Virus record (IMG/VR): IMGVR_UViG_3300037010_002844
Location: 62,001-126,000 of that record
Reading direction: 5' to 3' (one strand)
Length of the DNA stretch: 64,000 nt
Of the stretch, positions 17,352 to 26,211 are shown piece by piece. Below the pieces are notes generated by a model. The model worked only from the letters and a program-made list of their open reading frames with translations. It did not search any database and was not told where the DNA came from. Each line of letters opens with the position of its first letter. The stretch's first letter is position 1. The translations under genes were made by a program, and so were the position numbers.

Positions 17352-19031
17352 TCACAGGTCCATAACGTACACCGCGTTGGAGCAACCAAAGATCTTAAAA
17401 AGCCTGTGTTCCATCGCCATCTCTTCTTGTGATGCGATCCCCGGAATCGCCCTGACAGCAAATCTATCGATACGATTTTGTCCGTCCGTCCACCAAAACC
17501 TAGGCTGCGTCATGTGATCAAATCTAAAACCAGATAGTTCATACGCCCGGCCAGTGCCACCCAACCTCATGTCACGGTATGTGATCATTTTTTGGTAACC
17601 ATGCTCACGTGACCAATCCCTGGCAGCGTTGATCAACCGCGACATGCCTCCAACGACGATGGTATCGCGGGCCGTTGAAACCCGCGCCAATTCAATTGTC
17701 TTAGATCCCCACTTAGTCTGCTGGTGCGGTTTTCGCAATGTCAATGCACAAATAATGTTTCCAGCAATGTCCTCTAGCCAGAACGAATGCGACGAAGGAG
17801 TGTTTCCATCGAGGTGATTGTTCGCCATGAACTGAGCGGTGATGGCTGGACGACCGCTGCGAAGATGTAGCTTTCGTGCCATCACGCGAGTAGCAAGACC
17901 AAGCTTTACCCTGATCATGCTTTTGATGATGTTTTTCTTTACATCATGGTGCCATTCATCGTCGAAGATATGTAGCAACGACACACCACGCTCAAGAGCG
18001 CGAGTCGACTTGTCTTGGTGATACGATGGTGGAGTACCGGTCGCCTCACTGTGCCAATAGACACCGTTGCACTCGATGGCAATCCTTCCGTTACCTGACA
18101 CGATGTCCAGCTCATAAGGCGCGATTGACTGTCTGTCGTTGGCGATGGCGTTCGAATCGAGCTTGACGAAGAAATCGAACACCTCACGATGCCAGCGAGA
18201 GAAATTAGCCGGGTAGCACGTTGAACACACCTTTCCCTTGTAAAGGACGTTAAAGGGAACAATATCAGGTACGTTACAACTGACGCATGTCACATGCACC
18301 GGTGTTGAGTATCCAGCAAACTCAAATTTTTCGATGTTCCACCTCGACCGCAGTGCATCAACTCGCCGTTCGACCTCTTCGAGAGACAACCGAAAAGGAG
18401 AGTTAGTGCCGTTCTCGATAAGGCGTTTTCTAGTCTCGATGATCGAACGTTTGATATCTTCAGAATTAGCGTTCCGAGACCAATGATTCAAGCGAACGCC
18501 TTCGCCGATCCGTTCTGATCGCCGTTTGATCCTATCGTCAGTTTCTGACGTCTGACCGTGCTGCGTCCAGTGTTTTTCTACTTGCCATTTTTCAGTCAAT
18601 GCTCGAGAGATGTTATGCGCAGCTCTTGTGATAGATTCATTATTTTCTTTAGTTTGTCCTGTTCTCCAGTGCCCGTGTTTTTTGATGAAATCACGACAAC
18701 CTTGTGCGGCCCTTCGAACCGATTCAGACGTTGTTTCTGACAGCCCCTTGTTCCATGCAGGCAATGATTTTGATTTCCGGCTAAGCGCACCTCTTACTTG
18801 AGAGTTCTTCTTGCTACAAACTCCACAGAGACGTTCATATCCCGTTTGAAAGGTCATGAACTTGACCGGCCCTGAACACTGAACGCACGGTCCAGGGTGC
18901 TCTCGAAAAAGAAGGTACGCAGCCTCCGCATTGAGCCCGTGCTTTTTAAGGAGATGTGCGCGGAGCGAATTTAGGCTAGCTTTTCGCAATGGATCATTGC
19001 ACTGTGGGCACCTCGAAGGACACGATGTCAT
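17352..19031 (-). mobile_element. Homing endonuclease: zinc finger, NUMOD3-like repeats, Vsr-like nuclease and C-terminal GNAT-like domain
   Basis: CPQC..HLLKKH, WNKGL, ELDI..IAIECNGVYWHSE, HIFDDEWH, ELARVS..VVGGMSRL..TYRD and YELSGF. Start placed at ATG 19031 (track ORF begins at 19151). Confidence 0.8.
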
Positions 19032-19851
19032 CGCCGGGCCCGAGCTCCCTCGCAAGGATGGTGCCCCTGTTGCTGGTGACGATTCGTTGGTCGCCGTAGA
19101 CGCCTCGTGTCGTTCCATCGTCGAGTTGGATCTCAAACCACCCTCTTTCATGTCGTTCCTTTTTGATGATGAGCTCGATGGCGCGCTCGATGAGCCGCAT
19201 CGTTTCTAGACCTAGGAGGTCGTACTTGATGAACTCTCCGATCTTCTCAAGGTGTTTATAATTTACGCCCTCGACCCAAGGTGACTGTGGCTCGCGGACG
19301 CCGGCCTTGCCTTTGGACGTCACCAAAGGCATCTTGTTGGGCAAATCGTCTGCAATCAGCACACCACCCGCGTGACGACCGAGACTACGATTCTGCTTGA
19401 AGAGGATCTTGATCGACTCGGCGACGACCGGGTACTTCTCAATGAAGCCGCGAAACGACGGGCTGACCGGCTGCTTACACTCTGGGCTACAGCCCTGGCA
19501 GATGGACTTCGACTCCGGGCCCTTAGGAGCCCTGCAGTGGAAGGCCATGGCCTCATCGTAGGTCAAGACGAACAGATTCTTGTCGTCGCCTTCCTTCATC
19601 GTCGCCTTACGGACCTCGTCCTCGACGGTCCGCGTGGCAGCGTTGGTCTCCTCGAATGGGATGCCGTAGAACTTGCCGATATCCTTTACAAGCGTTTTTA
19701 GTTTGAAACAGTTATAATTGCTGATGGGAACGACGTTTTCCCACCCAAAAAAGTTTCGAAGTTCATCAAGAACCTCATCTCGCCTGGCAAGATCGGTGTT
19801 GTGAACAACGACGCTCTTGTTGGACGCCAAAAATGAATGAACGACCATCAC
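18994..19851 (-). CDS. dnaE: DNA polymerase III alpha fragment 4: very short IntC3 (19798-19851) + palm extein + truncated Hint-like tail
   Basis: HSFLASNKSVVVHN|TDLARRDEV, RSLGRHAGGV and IKYDLLGL (third catalytic Asp). Ends in EIQLDDG..GDQRIVTSNRG..ARELGPGDDI. Confidence 0.9.
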   Translation of the reverse strand: MMVVHSFLASNKSVVVHNTDLARRDEVLDELRNFFGWENVVPISNYNCFKLKTLVKDIGKFYGIPFEETNAATRTVEDEVRKATMKEGDDKNLFVLTYDEAMAFHCRAPKGPESKSICQGCSPECKQPVSPSFRGFIEKYPVVAESIKILFKQNRSLGRHAGGVLIADDLPNKMPLVTSKGKAGVREPQSPWVEGVNYKHLEKIGEFIKYDLLGLETMRLIERAIELIIKKERHERGWFEIQLDDGTTRGVYGDQRIVTSNRGTILARELGPGDDIVSFEVPTVQ

Positions 19852-21570
19852 ATGAATCCTAACTCAACTACAGTTGAATTTACATGCGCTCGTTGTGGTC
19901 GAAACCACGAAACGCTACGAGCATTGAAGATCCACGAGGCACGACACAGGCGAGAAGACGCCAGGCCTCCCAAACAGGTGTCAACTTACGCGTGTCCGTG
20001 GTGTGAGGCGTCATATGACAGCGGGCGTAAGTTGACATTGCACTGCACAAAAACGCACCAAAAATCACCCGTCGTTGTGTATGAAACAAGGTACCCAGGG
20101 TGCAGGAAGACGTGCATCGATTGTTGCGACTGGGTCAGGTTCATCGATCAAGAAAAAGGATACCCCGAACGGTGTCCACGTTGTAGCCGAAAACACGCAT
20201 ACGCGTCCAAGGGCACCTCGTCATGGAACAAAGGCCTGACGAAAGACAATGACGAACGCATGTCAGCCAGTGCTGCAAACATGCGAGCTCACTACAAGGA
20301 ACACGGTCACCACAACTCCGACAAGACAAAGGAAAACAACGAAAGCCTTAAACAAAAGGCGGCAAAAATCAGCGACAGCCTGCGGAGGTATTATGCAACG
20401 CACAGCGGCTGGTCACTTGGCCTGACAAAGGATACGTCTAGCATCATTGAATCTCGCAGTAAGAAGATCAGCGCTTCGTTGAAAGGACGATTCTTTAGCG
20501 ACGTAACGCTTGAAAAAATGCGCAAGGCAAAGTTGCTGACGCACGACGAGGTACAAAAACGCCTCAAAGAAAAGCAGCTTAAACTCATTGACGAATATGT
20601 CGATACTGTCACCAAAGCGCGCATCGAATGCACGATATGTTCAACAATATTTGAGCGTTGCGTTGGCGCAGTGTTCAACAACGAGGCCAAGTGTCCCACC
20701 TGCTTTCCGCCTTGGTCAGACAAAACGAGCAGGTGGCAACAGGACGTCTACGCATTTATCCAGACGCTGGCACCTGACGCAGTCCTTAGCGATCGTAAGA
20801 CGCTCGGCGGAATGGAGCTCGACATACTCATTCCATCGCGCATGTTTGCCATCGAGTGCAATGGCCTATACTGGCACAGCGAGGCCGCCAATAGATTTGA
20901 GCACGATCACGCGGAAAAGAAGAGATTGCTGTCCCTCAAAGCCGGCGTATCGCTTTTCACGTTATTTGAGGATGAGTGGCGCGACAAACGACCGATAATC
21001 GAAAGCATGTTGCGCCATCGCCTTGGGTTTTCTACCAAAGTCGATGCGCGTAAGTTGAAAGCAGAACGCTGCGAGCCCGAAGAAGTTCGAGAATTCATCA
21101 ATCAGTGCCACCTCGACGGTCACGTGAGGGCCCAATTTGCCGTGCGATTGGTAACCTCATCGGGCGAAATCGTAGGCGCCTGCAGCCTTAGGTGGGCACG
21201 AAATGGGGCAGACAGAACGACGATTGAGATCGCTCGCCTGTGCTTCAAGCTTGGCACACATGTACGAGGCGGGGTGTCAAAATTGCTATCAAAGGCAAAA
21301 GCTATAGCAAGAGAAAACAATGCAGCGAGGTTGATGTCTTACTCAGACAATCGCTTGGGAGGAAACGGTTATGCCACCTCAGGCATGAAGTTCAACGGTA
21401 CCACAGTCGCTCGCTTCTGGTGGACTGACTTCATGCATCGTTACGACAGGTTCAAGTACCGAGCCAACAAGAAGCAAGGTCTAACAGAAAAACAGGTAGC
21501 GGAGGCTGCCGGCGTTTATCGCATCTATGGCTGTAGCAACTCTCGCTACGTCTTAGACGTCACAGCGTGA
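19837..21570 (+). mobile_element. Homing endonuclease paralogous to 17352-19031, on the opposite strand
   Basis: Two C2H2 fingers, WNKGLTK, ELDILIP..AIECNGLYWHSE, FEDEW, EIARLC..GGVSKLL and SYSDNR. Confidence 0.82.
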
Positions 21571-21872
21571 CGCTAATGTCATCGTCAAACTTTGAGGACG
21601 CATTTTCTTTGAGCCAGAAGATGGCGTCAATTGTGCGCTCGTCGGCGTCGGCGTCATCGCACGACGTAGCCCCATAGTATGGGGGCCAAATCGTGCTCAA
21701 ACCCTTTAACGCGCAGTTTGACCTGACAATCTTGAAATTCAGGATTTTCTGCAGCTCTCGTCTGAGCTATTCTTTCCAGGCCAGACACTATCACATCATC
21801 TGCTCGGCAGAATCGCCGTTGTCTGTAAGCTGCACCGCATCAACGTTGCTCGGACACGGTCCCAACTCCAGC

Positions 21873-22610
21873 TCAAATTTCATAGTTGCGCTCGCTGTGG
21901 TCTGTTCTTCTCTTAGACGCGCACCAATCGCTGCAAAAATTGTCTCCTTCGCCACACGCAAGGAACGTGCCAGGAATGACGCCCATGCAATAACCGACGT
22001 CATGTGATGGATCACCTCCACTTAGAATGGACGTATTGAACGGTACCACGTGGAATCTGTGATCGTCTTCAACAGTCAGGTCGACGTATCTAGCGTTGGA
22101 AGAGCCCCAACCACCGTGCTCGATCGATACGACCTCAACGCTGCCGCATGATGCCATCAATTCATCTCCGACCTTAAGGTCGCGGCAGTACACGATGACG
22201 CCGTCAGCTCTGACAAATTTGTGACCGGGCACCACCAAAATGTGGCCCAACGTACCATCATTGGCCCTAACTCTGACCCAGACAGCGTCCTCGAATGGCC
22301 GCAAATTTCTAGCATAGGTCGCAGTTACTGCGTGTGGCATTCCATCGCCTCCCAGGACGACGTCGCCGACAATGATGTCAACAGCTCGCTTATGAGTGCC
22401 GTCTGTCATGACGACAAGATGGTCCTCGTGGACGCAGTCGATATCAGGAGCACCAGAGTTATGTGTCAGCACCCAATCGCTATCGTTGTTGGACACCCAA
22501 AACGTATGCTGGCCTTCGACCTCGATGTCGATGAGTTCTACACTTTCATCGACAACCTCGATAGCTTCAATTTTGGCCGTGCTTGCTGATGAGATGTTGG
22601 GTTCCTGCAT
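21873..22610 (-). CDS. dnaE: DNA polymerase III alpha fragment 3: IntC2 (22458-22610) + 7-aa extein SGAPDID (22437-22457) + long IntN3
   Basis: LIDIEVEGQHTFWV..VLTHN|SGAPDID|CVHEDH...VPGHKF...DLKVGD...YVDLTVEDDHRF. Confidence 0.9.
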   Translation of the reverse strand: MQEPNISSASTAKIEAIEVVDESVELIDIEVEGQHTFWVSNNDSDWVLTHNSGAPDIDCVHEDHLVVMTDGTHKRAVDIIVGDVVLGGDGMPHAVTATYARNLRPFEDAVWVRVRANDGTLGHILVVPGHKFVRADGVIVYCRDLKVGDELMASCGSVEVVSIEHGGWGSSNARYVDLTVEDDHRFHVVPFNTSILSGGDPSHDVGYCMGVIPGTFLACGEGDNFCSDWCASKRRTDHSERNYEI

Positions 22611-23508
22611 AGTCCCTGTGCTCTAGATTGGCAATCGTATGGTACAAACCTTGTCGACGAAGTTCACCATAGAAGTCATTCATGTACACGACGTCGATGC
22701 GCTGACCAGACGCCACAACGACTTCCCGTGAACGTGCGTTTGAGTTAAGCAACTTTGAGAAACGCGATTTGCCTTCTCGCACACCTTTCAACTCCACGTA
22801 TCGGTCCTCATCACTGAACCAAAAGTCTGGAGTGTAACACTTCTCTTTGCCATCGATGACAACATGGAAAGACCTATGTTCATAGAATGGCATCTTACCG
22901 AGGTGCAAGCAATATCTGTAGTAGTCGGCTTCGAACGAGCTCTTGAAGTACGGGCTGTTTAGGATGTCGGAACGAAAACACGAGCGTCCGTTCACATGTG
23001 AAGCAACCATATCACGTGACTGTGCCTCGCGGGTGCACCGTTTGGAACAGAACCGCGGCACGTAGCTCTTCTTGGTGACGATCGGTTCGCTACAAACTTC
23101 GCATACCAACGTGTGGCGGTCAAACCTCGATGCAGCGAAACATTTGGGTGAACAGAACCTGCGATTGACGTTCTTCGTTGAGAAAGTGCCTAGACACTGT
23201 ACACATGTCAGTGTACGGAGCTCATTCTTTGTCAGCGCTTTCGCAGTGTACTTGTGCCTGCACGCATTCGAACATAGTTTTCTGTTGTTGTGACACTTTG
23301 GAACGTAGAACTCATCGCCGTACTCGACGCACGTCTTCACAAGCCTCGAGGGCATGGGAGCGTGTGACATCAGCTTCCTGTGAGCGACGGCACACTCATC
23401 AGTGCAGTACGGGCGATGGAGCCTACTACCAGAACCCTTGCAGTTGGGCTCATAGTTGAACTGAAACATAATACCACAGTGTTTACACTGTTTCTCAATG
23501 ATGCTCAT
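22567..23508 (-). mobile_element. Homing endonuclease with tandem CxxC...CSxxC zinc repeats and a PD-(D/E)xK nuclease
   Basis: At least four CxxC...CSxxC units, SSFEADY and YTPDF..RYVELKG. ATG at 23508 overlaps the fragment 2 tail. Confidence 0.82.
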
Positions 23509-23992
23509 AGTGGTACGTGTACAGCTCGTCACTCGTCGACAGCTCAGATGTATACTTCTTCACAGGTTGTCCATCAGGACCCACTGTCAACCACACATGA
23601 TTTTCAGAACACGTGAACGTAGTACCATTCACCTTCACGCGGTACGTCTTCTCATGTTTTGTGGTCATGGTGAACGTAACTTTACGGTGTGAGCCATCCT
23701 GTGAGACAACGCTGTCACCGACTTTCACGTCTCGAAGCGCGGACGACGAACCATCTGACATCAATACCTTTGTGTCTGGCGACAGACACCTGTGAACGCT
23801 AAGGAATCGCGCGAAAGGCAGGTCCCAGAACAACGGGTCCAAGTCGGTGATGTATAGGACGTAGGCGACCAGAGAGCCACCGCCCGAATTGTGGACTGCA
23901 ATACCTTCCACGTTGTAAGTGTGGCTGTTTTCCACACACAGGTCTACGACCTCACCCTTATACGGTACGACAGTCTTACTTCTGAGCTTCAT
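23495..23992 (-). CDS. dnaE: DNA polymerase III alpha fragment 2: IntC1 (23888-23992) + 33-aa extein + IntN2 (23498-23788)
   Basis: [21 protein letters not shown]|[27 protein letters not shown]|CLSPDT...CSENHVW. Confidence 0.93.
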   Translation of the reverse strand: MKLRSKTVVPYKGEVVDLCVENSHTYNVEGIAVHNSGGGSLVAYVLYITDLDPLFWDLPFARFLSVHRCLSPDTKVLMSDGSSSALRDVKVGDSVVSQDGSHRKVTFTMTTKHEKTYRVKVNGTTFTCSENHVWLTVGPDGQPVKKYTSELSTSDELYTYHYEHH

Positions 23993-24076
23993 GATATGCG
24001 TTCGCTCTCTTCATGTAAGCCTTGAGATCCCTGTCTAATAGACATTTGACGAGGATCAGGTAAACTTAGTTGAGTT

Positions 24077-25762
24077 TCATTCAACCTCGATTAGGTCATC
24101 ATCTTCAGTCAAGTGTTGTGCTTCAATCCACCCACGATTCTTCGTCAGAAACTTATGCTCCTTGGTGCACCTGATCTTCTTACCGTCATCAAACTCGAGT
24201 TCTAGCAGCTCCTCATCAACCTGATACCTGAAGATCTGAGTCACCATCTGATCAACACCATATGCATCCTTGATAACGTCGCCCACCTTGATGGTGCCAA
24301 TGGGAGCATGCATGCCGTCAGCCATTAGAACCCGCGTCTCAGGAACGAAACAACCGCGGGCTGGGCCGGTAAGGCACACATTGCGTGCCAGCTCCATGAT
24401 CTTCTGGTAGGAAATGAAGTAGTCAGAGTTTTTCATCACCTTAATGACGCCGAGTTCCTCCTTGAGGCGCGCGATATACTCTGGCTTGTCTTGAAGACCA
24501 CGCTTCACCATGCCCACCTTACAAAGCGAGATGAGGTGATTGAACGAGGTCGTGCCTTCGGGCACCAACAACCTCGTCGGAAACTTGGGCGAACGATCGG
24601 GTGGAATCTCCCCGATGACACTGTGTGCGATATCGTGAGTCCGCTCAATGGCGTCACAGACGACTTCATCGTCATACCAGTCGGTGCCTTCCTTGGAGCG
24701 CTGGTACTCATCCCACATCTGTTGGGCGTTCTTCGGATAGAGCTCACACTTCAGCTCATCCTTCGACTTCGGAATCGCGTCAGGATTGATCTCCTGGTAG
24801 TTCATCCAACCCAGGCGCTTGTAGAGCTCACGGTCCTTCCAACGATCGGGATTATAGTAGTGAGCATCGCCGGTGACGATCAGCTGCTTGTTGAGCCCAT
24901 TGCGACGAGCGAACTCCAGGATCGCGCGGTTGACGAGGTTCTGCGCCGGTAGGCGATTGAACTGCAGCTCGAGGAAGTAGTTTCCTTCGCCGACTGCATC
25001 GACCATGTGCTGGTAGGTATTGCCCACCGCGACAACGCATTTCTCGAGCAGCACAGGGTCACTGAGCAACCGTGCGTCGAGCTCGTCAAACTTGTACTGT
25101 TGGATTTCCTGGAATATGGAGTACGCCGGCATGCCGCCGATACAAGCGCTGCTGACGATGATGTCGCCGCCTTTGGCTGCCTCTTTGAGGACAGCATGGT
25201 CAATGCGCGGGAACTTGTAGAAGCCCTTCAAGAATCCCTTCGAACATGCTGCGAAGATCGCCAACAGGCCCTTCTGGTTCTTGGGCAGAATGACTAGGTG
25301 ATGCCGTCGGTTGACGGGATTGAAGTGTTTGGTCGATTTGGACTCTTCCTCGTTTTCGACAGTCAAGGCGTTGGACATCTCAATGTCCTCAGTCTCATCA
25401 TTTTCATCGATGGTGGCGATGATCTTGGTCTGCAGCTTTTCCTGCTCCTTAGCAAGCTTGGCCGCAACCCTCCTGTCTCCCTTCGCCTGCTCTGCGAGTT
25501 CGACGTCCTTCTTCCATTGCTCCAGGTCGGGATGGTAGTACGCCTCGACGCCGGGAATGTACTTGAACGACTTTCCCTTATTGGCCTTGGCCCACTCCTC
25601 GACCCACAGTTGAGCGTGGGCATAGGAGTTCATGTTCCCGTGCTCGGTGATGGCATGGCCATCGAGCCCGTTCTCCATGCACCACTTGAAGTGTTCATCG
25701 GGATAGCCCAAACCATCGAAGGGCGCATTACGAGAAGCCCGTGTGGTTGTGCAAACCGACAA
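24077..25762 (-). CDS. dnaE: DNA polymerase III alpha fragment 1: PHP domain to GPARG + IntN1 (24080-24352)
   Basis: PFDG, AITEHGNM, PGVEAY, HLVILPKN, SACIGG, YFLELQ, TGDAHY, RLKEEL..I, DYF and TGPARG|CFVPET...CTKEHKFLTKNRGW. The first 13 aa of the track ORF are probably off-frame. Confidence 0.92.
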   Translation of the reverse strand: MSVCTTTRASRNAPFDGLGYPDEHFKWCMENGLDGHAITEHGNMNSYAHAQLWVEEWAKANKGKSFKYIPGVEAYYHPDLEQWKKDVELAEQAKGDRRVAAKLAKEQEKLQTKIIATIDENDETEDIEMSNALTVENEEESKSTKHFNPVNRRHHLVILPKNQKGLLAIFAACSKGFLKGFYKFPRIDHAVLKEAAKGGDIIVSSACIGGMPAYSIFQEIQQYKFDELDARLLSDPVLLEKCVVAVGNTYQHMVDAVGEGNYFLELQFNRLPAQNLVNRAILEFARRNGLNKQLIVTGDAHYYNPDRWKDRELYKRLGWMNYQEINPDAIPKSKDELKCELYPKNAQQMWDEYQRSKEGTDWYDDEVVCDAIERTHDIAHSVIGEIPPDRSPKFPTRLLVPEGTTSFNHLISLCKVGMVKRGLQDKPEYIARLKEELGVIKVMKNSDYFISYQKIMELARNVCLTGPARGCFVPETRVLMADGMHAPIGTIKVGDVIKDAYGVDQMVTQIFRYQVDEELLELEFDDGKKIRCTKEHKFLTKNRGWIEAQHLTEDDDLIEVE

Positions 25763-25820
25763 ATCGTCGGGGCACTCGCACCGAGCTTCCCTTGGCGTCC
25801 TCCTTTCCTTGCTGCGTCAT
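25728..25820 (-). CDS. dnaE: True N-terminal 30 aa of DnaE (FVGLHNHTGFS), cut off from fragment 1 by a 7-nt insertion containing TAA
   Basis: ATG 25820 overlaps the upstream stop. Removing TAATGCG (25724-25730) restores the canonical PHP motif HxHTxFSxxDG. Confidence 0.8.
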   Translation of the reverse strand: MTQQGKEDAKGSSVRVPRRFVGLHNHTGFS

Positions 25821-26175
25821 TTACCTTCCCACCTTACCTTGTCACGGTACTGTAGACCCAATTGACGGTACTGGACACCGTCAATGACCACGATAGTCAC
25901 TTCAGGAAACTTGATTCGCATCAGTGCAAGCTGATAGCACGCCTTGTCAGACCACCTTCCCTTAATTTCGTAGTACACGCTTTCATCGTGAACGAAAATC
26001 TGGTGTGTACCAAGCCGGCCATGTCGGCGATCTGCGGCAACGTGGCCATACCAATGGGTATCAGCACGCGGAGCCACTTGGGCAGCTTGTTCCAGGTGGG
26101 CTTCAGCTGGGTGACGAGCTATGAAACAACGATGCAACCAGCGGCAACCTCGGCAGCAATGTCTGCAAGAACCAT
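25817..26175 (-). pseudogene. Decayed segment: membrane-protein remnant followed by a frameshifted PD-(D/E)xK endonuclease remnant
   Basis: MVLADIAAEVAAGCIVVS*LVTQLKPTWNKLPKWLRVL, and YTPDF slipping in a T run into VHDESVYYEIKG. Confidence 0.5.
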
Positions 26176-26211
26176 GTCGTCATGGTAAACCGGAAGCGAT
26201 CAGTTTTACAT

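Noticed and set aside
12068-25820. Group I/II introns as the explanation for the dnaE breaks
   Set aside because: Each gap but one is bounded by intein N- and C-parts with their own stop and start. The gaps are filled by ORFs or are very short (84 nt at junction 1), with no recognisable ribozyme core.
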